A stretch of 61,730 nucleotides of DNA, counting the filler. It is 4 parts of 4 records of this genome, joined end to end, with 100 filler letters (N's around TTAATTAATTAA, not from the genome) between each part and the next. Parts side by side here need not be neighbours in the genome. Positions count along the whole stretch, not along the records: positions 16,210 to 36,226 come from SRR22947727_2538; positions 36,327 to 54,040 come from SRR22947727_2543; 2 more parts are not named here. The stretch is one strand, 5' to 3'. Made by a program: the position numbers and the translations under genes. The notes under the pieces were generated by a model. That model was not told the DNA's origin. It worked only from the letters and a program-made list of their open reading frames with translations, and made no database searches. Shown here piece after piece: positions 28,221 through 38,089 of the stretch (positions within the stretch are counted from its first letter, which is position 1; every line of letters starts with the position of its first letter).

Positions 28221-29510
28221 TTGAATAACCCGAACGAACCTGAAATTTCTGAACGCCAACGCAGCTACACTTTGTTCGTGCTGGTGTTGGTTTTTACCTC
28301 TAGCCATGTGGATCGCCAAATTATGGGGATTTTGGGCCAGCCGATTAAAGAGTCGTTGCTGATCTCTGATACGCAGTTAGGCCTGTTGACCGGCATTATG
28401 TTCGCGTTCTTTTACGCCACCCTAGGCATGCCTATGGCCATGTGGGCTGACCGTCGCAATCGCCGCAACCTCATCACGTTTTCTGTCTTCACCTGGAGCT
28501 TTATGACCGCCCTTTGTGGTGCGGCGCAAAACTTTATGCAGTTGCTGCTGCTACGCATCGGTGTCGGCGTTGGCGAGGCCGGTTCTAACCCGCCGTCGCA
28601 TTCAATGATTGCAGACCTATACCCACCTGAGCGTCGTGCCACGGCTATGGCTATTTTTGGTACCGGTATTAATTGGGGTATTTTGATTGGTTTCTTAGTG
28701 GGTGGGTGGATTAATGAATGGTATGGATGGCGCACCGCTTTTGTTGTTGTGGGCTTGCCGGGCATTTTATTGGCCGCCCTGGTGCGTTACACCGTCAAAG
28801 AGCCGCCCCGAGGTTATTCGGAGCAGATCAAAGAAATACAGGCCCCACCGCCGTTTTTGGAAGTCGTTAAGTTTCTCTGGGGCCACCACATACTGCGCAA
28901 CATTATTATCGGCGGCACGTTAGTGGCGTTTACTGGCTACGCATCCGTGATTTGGGTACCAATTTATTTGGTACGTATACACGAGATGGGCACAGGTGCC
29001 GTGGGCAGCTATTTGGCTTTACTCATTGGTGTTGGCGGCGCATTGGGCATCTATATGGGCGGTCGTATCGCAGACCACCTTGCGGGCATCTGGGGGCCTC
29101 AATGGCTACCTTGGGTAATTGGCATTGCCAGCATTTTCACCATCCCAATGCTGTACTTCGCTTTTGTAGCGGAAACCGCTTCCGGCGCACTGTGGGCCTA
29201 TGTCATACCTGCCGCACTGGGCACGGTGTACATCGCACCGGGCTTCGCGCTTATTCAGAATGAAACACCACTGCATATGCGCTCGGTCGCCGCGGCCATC
29301 AACTTGTTTGTGGTTAACATTGTTGGCTTGGGACTGGGGCCCTTTGCGGTCGGGTTTTTGAGTGACCTGTTTGTGCCTGCTTATGGCGACGACAGCTTGC
29401 GCTACGCGCTTATGTGCACCTTGGTGATAATCGTCTGGAGTATCTTTCACTACTACCGTGCAGGTGTACTGCTACGCCGCAGAGCTAGCGAGTCGGCGGC
29501 TACAGCTTAA
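28221..29510 (+). CDS. MFS transporter (spinster-like)
   Basis: VDRQ, WADRRNRR motif A, GVGEAG..PPSHSMIADLYP; about 12 hydrophobic segments. Confidence 0.9.
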   Translation: MNNPNEPEISERQRSYTLFVLVLVFTSSHVDRQIMGILGQPIKESLLISDTQLGLLTGIMFAFFYATLGMPMAMWADRRNRRNLITFSVFTWSFMTALCGAAQNFMQLLLLRIGVGVGEAGSNPPSHSMIADLYPPERRATAMAIFGTGINWGILIGFLVGGWINEWYGWRTAFVVVGLPGILLAALVRYTVKEPPRGYSEQIKEIQAPPPFLEVVKFLWGHHILRNIIIGGTLVAFTGYASVIWVPIYLVRIHEMGTGAVGSYLALLIGVGGALGIYMGGRIADHLAGIWGPQWLPWVIGIASIFTIPMLYFAFVAETASGALWAYVIPAALGTVYIAPGFALIQNETPLHMRSVAAAINLFVVNIVGLGLGPFAVGFLSDLFVPAYGDDSLRYALMCTLVIIVWSIFHYYRAGVLLRRRASESAATA

Positions 29511-29770
29511 ACTGCGCGCCGACCGTATATTGATATCGGCATCAGACCCCCCGGTGCCGATCAATCATTTTATTCGCTAATCATTGCTTAAAGATCCCCA
29601 GAACCGTATCACTCGCGCCCCGAATGCCCCTACCTCTATTGCTGCCTTTTGCAGTACTCTCAATGCCACACATAGCAATTTGCGCCATATAAAACCTTGA
29701 GAACCCAGCGACAGCAGTATAGTTTCTAGGCGCGACTTCGCGAAAAATAATAATAAGAAGGATAATAATA

Positions 29771-30514
29771 ATGAAAAAAATCATACTTATACTTTGCGCG
29801 CTGACAATCTCAGCCCAAAGCGTGGCAGATCATCACGCTCCAACTAATAGCGCTGTTTCCGTAATCTACGAATGCACACTAAATGAAGGTGTCAGTCCTG
29901 CTGACGTAGTGGCTTTTGGTAAAAGCACAGTCAATAAATTTGCCACTAATAACGACCTGAAAATGAACAGCTACCTATGGGAAGCCATCGCAATCAACCC
30001 TCCATACGATGAAGCTGATGTGCGTTGGGTAAACTACTTCCCAACCTGGGTAGATTACTACGCGAGCAATGAAGTTTTTGGCACTAAGGGTCAGAAAGTG
30101 GTTGGGGAATTTTACGGCATGGTTACTTGTGACAAGCCAGTGATTCTCGGCGTGCGTAATGTTGGTGGACCAATACCTACCGTCCAGGAAAAGCCGCTTA
30201 TTGCTAGCGTTTGTCAGTTGAACGACGGTAAAACCATGCAAGACGCTATGGAGTTTGTGCCTAAGATGACGAAGCTAATGAATAAGACAACTGGTGCCAA
30301 TGTTGCCAGCAGTATTTTCGTACCGGCTTTCGGCATCAGCGGCTTTGACTATGTCGGCATGTTTACCGGAGCGACCAGTGACATGGCTACGTTAATGGAC
30401 AGCGTTCGAAGCGGCGCCATGCCAACGGCAATGGCTAAAGCTGGCATGCAGCCTGCTGCAACCTGCGTTAACGACCTGCATCAATCTCACCTGATGATTC
30501 AGCAGCAACAGTAA
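29771..30514 (+). CDS. Hypothetical secreted protein with an internal two-fold repeat
   Basis: Signal peptide followed by DHH; repeated C-x-L-N-[ED]-G motif. Confidence 0.75.
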   Translation: MKKIILILCALTISAQSVADHHAPTNSAVSVIYECTLNEGVSPADVVAFGKSTVNKFATNNDLKMNSYLWEAIAINPPYDEADVRWVNYFPTWVDYYASNEVFGTKGQKVVGEFYGMVTCDKPVILGVRNVGGPIPTVQEKPLIASVCQLNDGKTMQDAMEFVPKMTKLMNKTTGANVASSIFVPAFGISGFDYVGMFTGATSDMATLMDSVRSGAMPTAMAKAGMQPAATCVNDLHQSHLMIQQQQ

Positions 30515-30549
30515 CTTTCTATCCGATAGAAAGCTTTCTATGAAGAAAT

Positions 30550-30579
30550 AAAAAACCGGCCGCCTAGGTCGGTTTTTTT
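30550..30579. terminator. Bidirectional intrinsic terminator
   Basis: AAAAAACCGGCC-GCCTA-GGTCGGTTTTTTT between convergent genes. Confidence 0.8.
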
Positions 30580-30652
30580 CTGCAGTTAAATTCAAAGAAC
30601 GTCAAATACCGGCCCTTGTCATTTTTGCCAAAGCCCTGCGCTCACAAGGTAA

Positions 30653-32039
30653 TCACTTATCAATATGGGTTATCCACGTTTTGGGCATGTACATTGCCGC
30701 ATCCATTATATCCAGCACCGTGGTCATAACAGGCACCAGCTGATCTTCCGCCACTTTATCTAACGTGTCTTCCGCGAAGAACAAATATTCAGGCATAGAC
30801 ATAATTGAAAAGCACGGTATGCCGCCAAGGAAATAACTTTGTGTTTCACCATAAAGCGGAATGGCACCGGGTTTAGTAATTGCCGTTGAATGCAGATCAT
30901 TATTTTCAACAGCACTGACCGCTGCGTTAAACAGCATTTTGTTCCGCGGTGCCCAAATAAATCTTGGTTCCACCTCGCCGGTGTCCACCATCTTTCCGTC
31001 TACACCAATAAAACGTTTACCAATGTGCTCCACACCAAAACATAGTACCAGCCGCTGCATAATGTCTGGGTTCATGTCCGCAAACTGATTTGCGCCAAAT
31101 GGATAGTTCCAGTTGTAGTGGCAGCCATTGAAGACAAAATACAAATCTTTTTGGATGTAGTTGGAGGGAAACTGGCTATAGAAAGCAGCCAGTCCCATGA
31201 CCACGGCCACTCCTGAAGCGTCTTGAACAGCGCCCGACCAGCATGGCTTCGCTTTTTTGTCCGGGTACGTGAACGATGATATTGCCGCTGGTAGACTCTT
31301 GCGCTTCGCCCACAAGCGTAATCTTGCCAAGCAACCCTGCTGGTTGCTCAGGCAATTGTTCTAGCAACGCTTTACCAGACGAGTCTTTTAGAAATAGCCC
31401 AGGGATTTTTGTTTGTACCATGCCGGTTGGGTCTGCGAAGAAGCTGTCTACATTGGAGGGTCGGTTGGCAAAAATGCCCACAAACCCCACCGCGCCCTGT
31501 CGCGCTGCTTCGTAGTATGGGGACGGAAAATTAGACGGTGCCGGACCACCTGTGCCGCCTACCGTAGATTCTGGCAGTATCCCTTGAGGATCGTATGTGT
31601 ACTCAGACACATAGCTGAAGGCCCCGCCTTTCATTGCAGGACCGCTTTTTAAATCGAAGAGGACAATTTTGCCGGTGAAATCTTGGTCTGGATCTACCTT
31701 GTCACCAATATAAACAAGCTCGCCCTATACACCATTTGCATCAGTGAACTCGGAACCGTTCATAAAGAAGCATTCAATCTCTAAGCCGCCAACGCTGAGT
31801 TGCCATTGATGGTAATGCCGAACAGTCACTGGATAAGTTTGCTCAGTGATGTTTTCAATGCCCAGACCCTGAAGAGTTTTTATAATCCACTGTCTGCCAG
31901 CTGCATCCCCTGCTGTGCCAAAACGACGAAACTCAGGAAACGATTCGGTCAGCGCCACAAGTTCCTTTACCCAATTAAAGAGCACGGATTGATTAGGTGC
32001 TGCCGGACGCGCACGCTTGAATGATGCCTTATTAGCCAT
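30653..32039 (-). pseudogene. M28-family peptidase with PA domain, disrupted
   Basis: One reading across three ORFs: in-frame TAG at 31725-31727 (NGV*GELVYIG...GKIVLFD), then a frameshift near 31236-31240 before GAVQDASG; C-terminal EHIG and DTLDKV. Confidence 0.78.
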
Positions 32040-32120
32040 GATTAACCCCTGTATCCCTTTAATTGCGCCACCTACGTTAACAGGATTCGTAATATTTGAT
32101 AGATATGCTAGATTCGCCCA

Positions 32121-33368
32121 ATGGCCAACCCAACTTTAGAAGAACTTACACAAGACCCTAACTATTGGATGCAAGGGTTTCCGCCGACCAAAAAGCAAAT
32201 TGTGCGCTTCAATGACGGCTCTTACTACGACTGGCCAAAGCTGCGTTGGAGCTTTTCAAATATTCAACAATTGGTGCCCACTAAATCTTTTTGGTGTGGT
32301 CCCAAAGCTGCGCGTGAACTAAGACAAGGCCCCACTCTTAATCTAGACAACACAACCGTGACCACCACTTTCGGTGAAAACTTTACCTGGCAAGATACGC
32401 TAACCAGCACCTGCACAGATGCCATCGCCGTATTACACGCAGGGGAATTAGTTTACGAGGCCTATTTTGGCGCAAGCTCGCCCAGCAAACCTCACATACT
32501 TCAATCTGCTAACAAATCCTTTGTAGGCACCATTGCCGAGTGTCTAATTGCTGAAGGCAAACTTGATGAGTACGCTCCTGTCACTGATCTAATACCAGAA
32601 CTGGCGCAGTCGGCTTGGGCAGACGCCACAGTACGCCAAGTCATGGACATGCAAATTAACATGGCATTTCATGAAGATTATACGGACCCAAAGTCAGAGA
32701 TTTGGCGTTTCCTTAGAGCCATGGGTATGGCGCCCCATAAAATTGGCACAACACCAGAGTCCATTGCTGATGCGTTACCCAACATAAAATCTGGCGGTGC
32801 CCATGACGAGGTTTTCGCTTATAGAGAACCGAATATTTTTGTCCTCGGTTGGTTGGTCAGGCGTACAAGCAACAAAGATTTAGCCACGCTGGTGTCTGAA
32901 AAAATTTGGCAACACATAGGCGCGGAGCGCGACGGTTACTACATGCTTGACGACGCGGGCAGCGAAACAACGTGCAGTACCACGCTACGCGACTTAGTCA
33001 GATTTGGTGAACTCATGCGCCTGCAAGGTAAAGTGGGTGACAAACAGGTGCTACCTCAACGCGCAATTGACAGCATTTTTGCAGGCGGGGATTTAACCAA
33101 GTTTGCTCGCGGTCAACCATCTAACCCCAAAGTACCCACCTTAAAAAATTGGTCTTACCGCTCTCAGTGGTGGGTGCGTCATTTGCAAGATCGTATTTGC
33201 CCGGTAGCTAGGGGCGCTCACGGCCAGGTCCTTTACATAGACCCAGCAAATGAATTAGTGATCGCTCGATTTGGCTCAAACAAACAATCGCCCTCTTCCG
33301 CTTTAGATCACATTATGTGGCCGATGGTTGACCTGATCACCGAGCAAGTTTTGGCAAGTAAAGACTGA
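32121..33368 (+). CDS. Serine hydrolase, beta-lactamase class C / NylB-like
   Basis: WMQGFPP N-terminus, SANK (SxxK), FAYREPN, YRSQWW, ARGAHGQ. Confidence 0.85.
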   Translation: MANPTLEELTQDPNYWMQGFPPTKKQIVRFNDGSYYDWPKLRWSFSNIQQLVPTKSFWCGPKAARELRQGPTLNLDNTTVTTTFGENFTWQDTLTSTCTDAIAVLHAGELVYEAYFGASSPSKPHILQSANKSFVGTIAECLIAEGKLDEYAPVTDLIPELAQSAWADATVRQVMDMQINMAFHEDYTDPKSEIWRFLRAMGMAPHKIGTTPESIADALPNIKSGGAHDEVFAYREPNIFVLGWLVRRTSNKDLATLVSEKIWQHIGAERDGYYMLDDAGSETTCSTTLRDLVRFGELMRLQGKVGDKQVLPQRAIDSIFAGGDLTKFARGQPSNPKVPTLKNWSYRSQWWVRHLQDRICPVARGAHGQVLYIDPANELVIARFGSNKQSPSSALDHIMWPMVDLITEQVLASKD

Positions 33369-33441
33369 CGCTCGCTGTGCGCGAGCGCTGCCACTTAACC
33401 TTTCAGCACTTTCTTTCTCAAGAGAGAAACACACTATATTT

Positions 33442-34704
33442 TTAGGCAACAATACGCACAGGCATACTTTCATAGCCGTTGATAAAGTTAGACTCTACGC
33501 GCGCCACATCCCCCACAATCTCGATGCGCTGCCAGCGGTTCATAATTTCTTGCCACAGCACACGCATCTGCATTTCTGCCAAGCGCATACCCAAACAACG
33601 ATGCACACCAAAGCCGAAGGAAATATTATTGCGCGCATTAGATCGAGTAATATCTATGCTGTCTGCGTTTTCAAACATGCGCTCATCACGATTACCCGAG
33701 TAATACCACATCACAATCTTGTCGCCCTTCTTAACTGCCTGCTCACCTATGTGGGTGTCATTTATCACCGTGCGGCGCATATGCGAAAGCGGTGTCTGCC
33801 AGCGAATGATCTCAGAAATGGCATTGTTCAGAAGGTCTGGATTCTCTCGCAGCTTAGCAAATTGCTCGGGAAACTGATGAAAAGCGTTAATGCTGGCGCT
33901 CATGGTATTGCGCGTAGTGTCATTGCCGCCAACAATCAGCAACAGCAAATTACCCAAGAAATTTGAGTCTGGCTGATCTGCCGTGGCGGCATCTTGGGCG
34001 AGCATAGTGACTAAATCGAAAGCTGGCGGGCCGTCTTTGCGCTGTTCTTTAAGGCGCTTAAAGTACATCAGGCACTCCATCAATTCGGCCACACGCTCCT
34101 CTTGGCTGGCCACAATCTTGGAGCCCGGTTCAGCAGTTGTCACATCTGACCAGCGGGTAAGCTTGCTGCGATCTTCAAAGGGGAAATCGAACAAAGTGGC
34201 CAGCATCATAGTGGTCAACTCAATAGATACTGTTTCTACCCAGTCAAAGGTCTCCCCTACAGGCAGAGTATCGAGCAGCTTCGTTGTGCGCTCGCGAATT
34301 AAGCTCTCAAAGTTCATCAAACTGCCCGGCGCAACAATTTTGCTCACGGCTTTGCGTTGTGAACTGTGATCTGGCGCATCCATGGTGATGAAACTTTTCA
34401 CAAAGAAGTCGCTGTTTACGTCGCCGACAATACCGTCATCAATCTGCACGCCGCCGAATATGGCGTCGGAGGAAAAGTTCACGTGGTCTTGGTCAGTGGC
34501 CTTAATGTCAGCGTAGCGGCTAACCGACCAGTAGGGCCCATAAGGGCTATCGCTACAGTAATGTATTGGCTGCTCCGCTCGCATTTTGGCGAAGTAAGGC
34601 AAAATGCGTTCCTCACCAAATAGTTTCGGATTAGCCGGATGAAGGTTACTTAGATCTAACTCAGCACCTGCGCGCTTCTGGTCCACGCTCATTGACTCGC
34701 TCAT
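33442..34704 (-). CDS. Cytochrome P450, CYP153-like
   Basis: LLIVGGNDTTRN I-helix, EIIRWQTP (ExxR), SFGFGVHRCLG heme motif; GGAGGAG RBS before ATG 34704. Confidence 0.9.
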   Translation of the reverse strand: MSESMSVDQKRAGAELDLSNLHPANPKLFGEERILPYFAKMRAEQPIHYCSDSPYGPYWSVSRYADIKATDQDHVNFSSDAIFGGVQIDDGIVGDVNSDFFVKSFITMDAPDHSSQRKAVSKIVAPGSLMNFESLIRERTTKLLDTLPVGETFDWVETVSIELTTMMLATLFDFPFEDRSKLTRWSDVTTAEPGSKIVASQEERVAELMECLMYFKRLKEQRKDGPPAFDLVTMLAQDAATADQPDSNFLGNLLLLIVGGNDTTRNTMSASINAFHQFPEQFAKLRENPDLLNNAISEIIRWQTPLSHMRRTVINDTHIGEQAVKKGDKIVMWYYSGNRDERMFENADSIDITRSNARNNISFGFGVHRCLGMRLAEMQMRVLWQEIMNRWQRIEIVGDVARVESNFINGYESMPVRIVA

Positions 34705-34970
34705 GCTCACTCCTCCCAAAGTAAATGTCCTCCGACACTACCAGCCGCTACATTTGTTGTCGAGAAAGGCCCTATTTGATGCGTACACCACGCTGATTCA
34801 TGGCGCGGTTGATTAACCGAGAAGCGTCGTTGCCGCAACATAGTTATGCCCCTCCTTAGGCTGCCTAGTACCGTTGTCCGAGAATCAATTTGGTACAAGC
34901 GCCAACTGATTAGAAAAAGACGCCGCAGTGGTATAGTTTGAGCATCCTTACCTTCACACGGATTATTTGA

Positions 34971-36226
34971 ATGATCACAAGACCGGTCACAGCCCTCCTC
35001 TGCGGCAGCAAATACCGCCTTAAGAGCGCCCTTCTTTTTTTGCTAGTGCTACTGTCCGGTGGCCTTAATGCGGCGGACCCCACAAACCCCTACCTCATTG
35101 GTCGCGGCATTGCTGACGTTACGGGTCCAAGTTATGGCATTCAGATGTGGGGCTTTGGACGTGCTGATCAGTTAACAGAAGGCCTGCATATTCGCCAACG
35201 CGCGCGAGCTTTTGTCATTGCTCAGGCTGACAACCCCAGTCAACGACTGGTCTTCGTCAGCGCCGACATAGGCAGCATAGAACACCACATAACTTTGAGT
35301 GTGATCGACCAGCTACAGTTACGGTATGGCGACACCTATAGCATCGACAATGTCATTCTCAGCGCCACTCACACCCATGCTGGCCCCGGTGGCTACTGGC
35401 ATTCGCGCTCGGACACCGGCTTAGACGGTGGGTTTTATCCAGAACATTTTGCAGTCATTGTTGAAGGCATTACTGCGTCCATTGTCAGCGCTCACGAAGA
35501 CCTACAACCCGGCAATATTTTACTTGGCAAAGGTCGCGTAACTGATGCCGGTGCTAACCGCTCGGTGACGGCCTACCTTGAAAACCCACAGGAAGAGCGC
35601 GACCAGTACGCGGAAAACACCCCTACTGAGATGACCTTATTAAAGTTTGTCGATGACTCCGGGCCAATCGGTGTGCTCAACTGGTACGCACTGCACCCAA
35701 CCGCTATGAACTTCTACAACCCGCTTATCTCTGGCGACCACAAGGGCTACGCCTCACTAAAGATGGAGCAGCTACGCGGCACTACTTATAGCAATAAAAA
35801 TGATTTCGTTGCAGCCTTTGCACAGGCCGACCCGGGGGACGTTACTCCGAATACGAACCTGAATAACACGGGGCCGGGAGAGACCGATGTTGAAACAACC
35901 CAAATTATGGGCCAGCGTCAGTTAGAAACCGCGCTGGAAATATTTGCCAATGCTAACGATGCTCTGAGCGGCCCCATTGAGACGCGACAGATATATGTCA
36001 ACCTTGCCAACTATGAGGTAAGCGAGCGCTACACGCACACAGGCACACAAACAACCTGCCCATCAGCCTACGGCTATGCGTTTGCCGGCGGATCTACCGA
36101 AGATGGTGGCGGGCACTTCTTGTTTAGCGAGGGCATGACAAAACAACGGGTTGTTTTAGACTTCCTAATTCGCTGGTTAACTGGCGCGCCAAAGTGGACC
36201 AAGTCTGTGCAAGCATGTCAGGCGCC
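34971..36226 (+). CDS. Neutral/alkaline ceramidase, 3'-truncated
   Basis: IGRGIADVTGP, GLHIRQRARAFVI, SATHTHAGPGG, ISGDHKGYA, GDVTPN, AGGSTEDG. Confidence 0.88.
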
Positions 36227-36326
36227 NNNNNNNNNNNNNNNNNNNNNNNNNNNNNNNNNNNNNNNNNNNNTTAATTAATTAANNNNNNNNNNNNNNNNNN
36301 NNNNNNNNNNNNNNNNNNNNNNNNNN
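36227..36326. other. Artificial contig spacer
   Basis: 44 N + TTAATTAATTAA + 44 N. Confidence 0.98.
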
Positions 36327-36474
36327 CATAGCCCCGCGCAAAATCCCCCTCTGGCCGCTCTACCTTGATCACTCTGGCCCCTGCATCAGCCAGCAAGGTG
36401 CCGCAATAAGGCGCTGCCACCGCCTGTTCTAGCGAGACCACCATAAATCCATCCAGTTCTTTGTTTAGACCCAT
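36327..36474 (-). CDS. Family III CoA-transferase (CaiB/BaiF), 3'-truncated
   Basis: VVSLEQAVAAPYC...LADAGARVIKVERPEGDFARGY. Confidence 0.85.
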
Positions 36475-36964
36475 TGTGAAGATCCCTATTCCTTGCGTGT
36501 CGTGGTTTCAAAAGCCCGTCCTGGCAGTTTTTACCGCAGGCGCATCGTACAAAAGATAGAGGGATAGTGATTTGGAAGAAATAAATTTATTTTTAAAACG
36601 CATATGGGTTTTGCTTTCATAGCCAGCGCGACGGTGCATTCAAATATGCGCAGCGTTTTTCTTGATGTACTTTGGTATTAGTGGCACCCTTGAGTGCCGC
36701 GTCTGGGCCAAGATGGCACCGTGTGGTGGCGCGATGTCACCGCTATAGGCGCAGCCGCCAAGCAGCAAAATGCCTTTAAGGCTACAGCGGGGTTTGCCTG
36801 CTTCCTGTTGGCTGATGTTTTGCAAAAGCATTGGTCGGGTTGGCCTTGTCCGGAGCTCCTTGCGGTGTTTGGAAAGAGAATTTGCAAAAGATAGGCTGTT
36901 ATCAATCTAAAATTTTGCGTAATCATAGCTCCTTTGGCCAAAGTGGGGGCAGCCTGCAGATGCC

Positions 36965-37972
36965 TTAGGTGCGTGGAACGGTTTGCATGCGCTCTAGAAT
37001 ATCCACCCCCTGCATTTTCCAAAAATGAAGCAGATCGATGAAAATCCAATTCTCGGCTAGTTTGTCTCCTTCGCGCCGATACATGTCAATAACCCGCATA
37101 TCTCCCGCTAAAGTGCTGGCCGGCATGCCCATAAAGCCGCCGGTTGGCGTGAGGCTCAGGTTTGGCCAACCAAAGAATCCACCAAATTGACCCTCGGCAA
37201 TCCGGCAGAGATGCCCATTGAAAATACGGTCTTTAAACCCTGCGCGAAAGGGGCCGGAATGCTGCTTTGCATAGCGCTCAATTGTATAGGTGGCACCAAT
37301 GCCAGCAGGCCCCCACCAAATCATATCTTCTGTCCAACTGCGGCGCAGCTCATCGACCAATGGCTCCTCGCGCCCGCCTTTCCAGGTTTTTATATCGCCA
37401 ACCATATAGTCGATCGTAGCCAGCGTTTTACGCCCTTCTTCTGGATCCTGCGGATCAAACATTAGCCCCTCATGAGTCACTGGGCCGGGTTGAACCAAAT
37501 GCGCGGCGGTTTGCGGTGGAAACGGGCTTAAACCGGCTTGTATCATCAGATGTGGGATATCAAAAAACATCGCGGTTTCTGTGATTTTGCCCTGTTCAAC
37601 TTTATGAAATTCGCAATAGCGCAGCATTGCAATCTTACCAGTTGGCGCGAGACCCAACCATGGGGCATCAAACAATCCCATCAAATGGCCCATCGAGATC
37701 ACCCAAACGCCTTCATGGTTGGGCAGTTTATTCTCACCCGCCATAAAAATATCCATACGGCGTTGCAGTGAGGTCAAGGCTGTGCGCAGGGGTTGCCAAA
37801 ACGTTGTTGCAACTTGCTCTGCACCTTGCAGCTCGTTAAAAGGATGGAAACCACGCCAAAAATAATCGGCGCCGCAATACTGTTTCACGATCGCTGGAAG
37901 ATCCTGTTCAGAGGCGGCATCTAGATCTGCATAAAACTTTTTAACCAATTGTTTTTGTTCGGAAAAGTTCAT
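36965..37972 (-). CDS. Double SnoaL/NTF2-like (ester cyclase family) protein
   Basis: Two repeats of the G..PTG/A..R..D/E..R..G.KI.E pattern; AGAGG RBS before ATG 37972. Confidence 0.8.
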   Translation of the reverse strand: MNFSEQKQLVKKFYADLDAASEQDLPAIVKQYCGADYFWRGFHPFNELQGAEQVATTFWQPLRTALTSLQRRMDIFMAGENKLPNHEGVWVISMGHLMGLFDAPWLGLAPTGKIAMLRYCEFHKVEQGKITETAMFFDIPHLMIQAGLSPFPPQTAAHLVQPGPVTHEGLMFDPQDPEEGRKTLATIDYMVGDIKTWKGGREEPLVDELRRSWTEDMIWWGPAGIGATYTIERYAKQHSGPFRAGFKDRIFNGHLCRIAEGQFGGFFGWPNLSLTPTGGFMGMPASTLAGDMRVIDMYRREGDKLAENWIFIDLLHFWKMQGVDILERMQTVPRT

Positions 37973-37994
37973 ATGTACCTCTGTTGGGCTATAA

Positions 37995-38015
37995 TTTTGC
38001 ATGCGTATGCGAAAA
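37995..38015. promoter_or_regulatory. Putative LacI-family operator in the divergent promoter region
   Basis: CG-centred imperfect palindrome TTTTGCATGCGTATGCGAAAA; a LacI gene is in the operon. Confidence 0.6.
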
Positions 38016-38089
38016 TTACTTGCCAAATTCTATGTTCTGAGTCTAGTGTTTGCTTCGGCGGATACAAGAATTTTCGTTGGGGAGAGTTA

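Noticed and set aside
31725-31727. In-frame TAG as pyrrolysine or stop-codon reassignment
   Set aside because: The same gene has an independent frameshift that removes a catalytic motif, and other genes on the contig (e.g. dnaE2) end normally at TAG.
36640-37049. Short ORFs between the CoA-transferase and the SnoaL gene
   Set aside because: They overlap each other on both strands, have no recognisable motif or RBS, and one overlaps the SnoaL gene.
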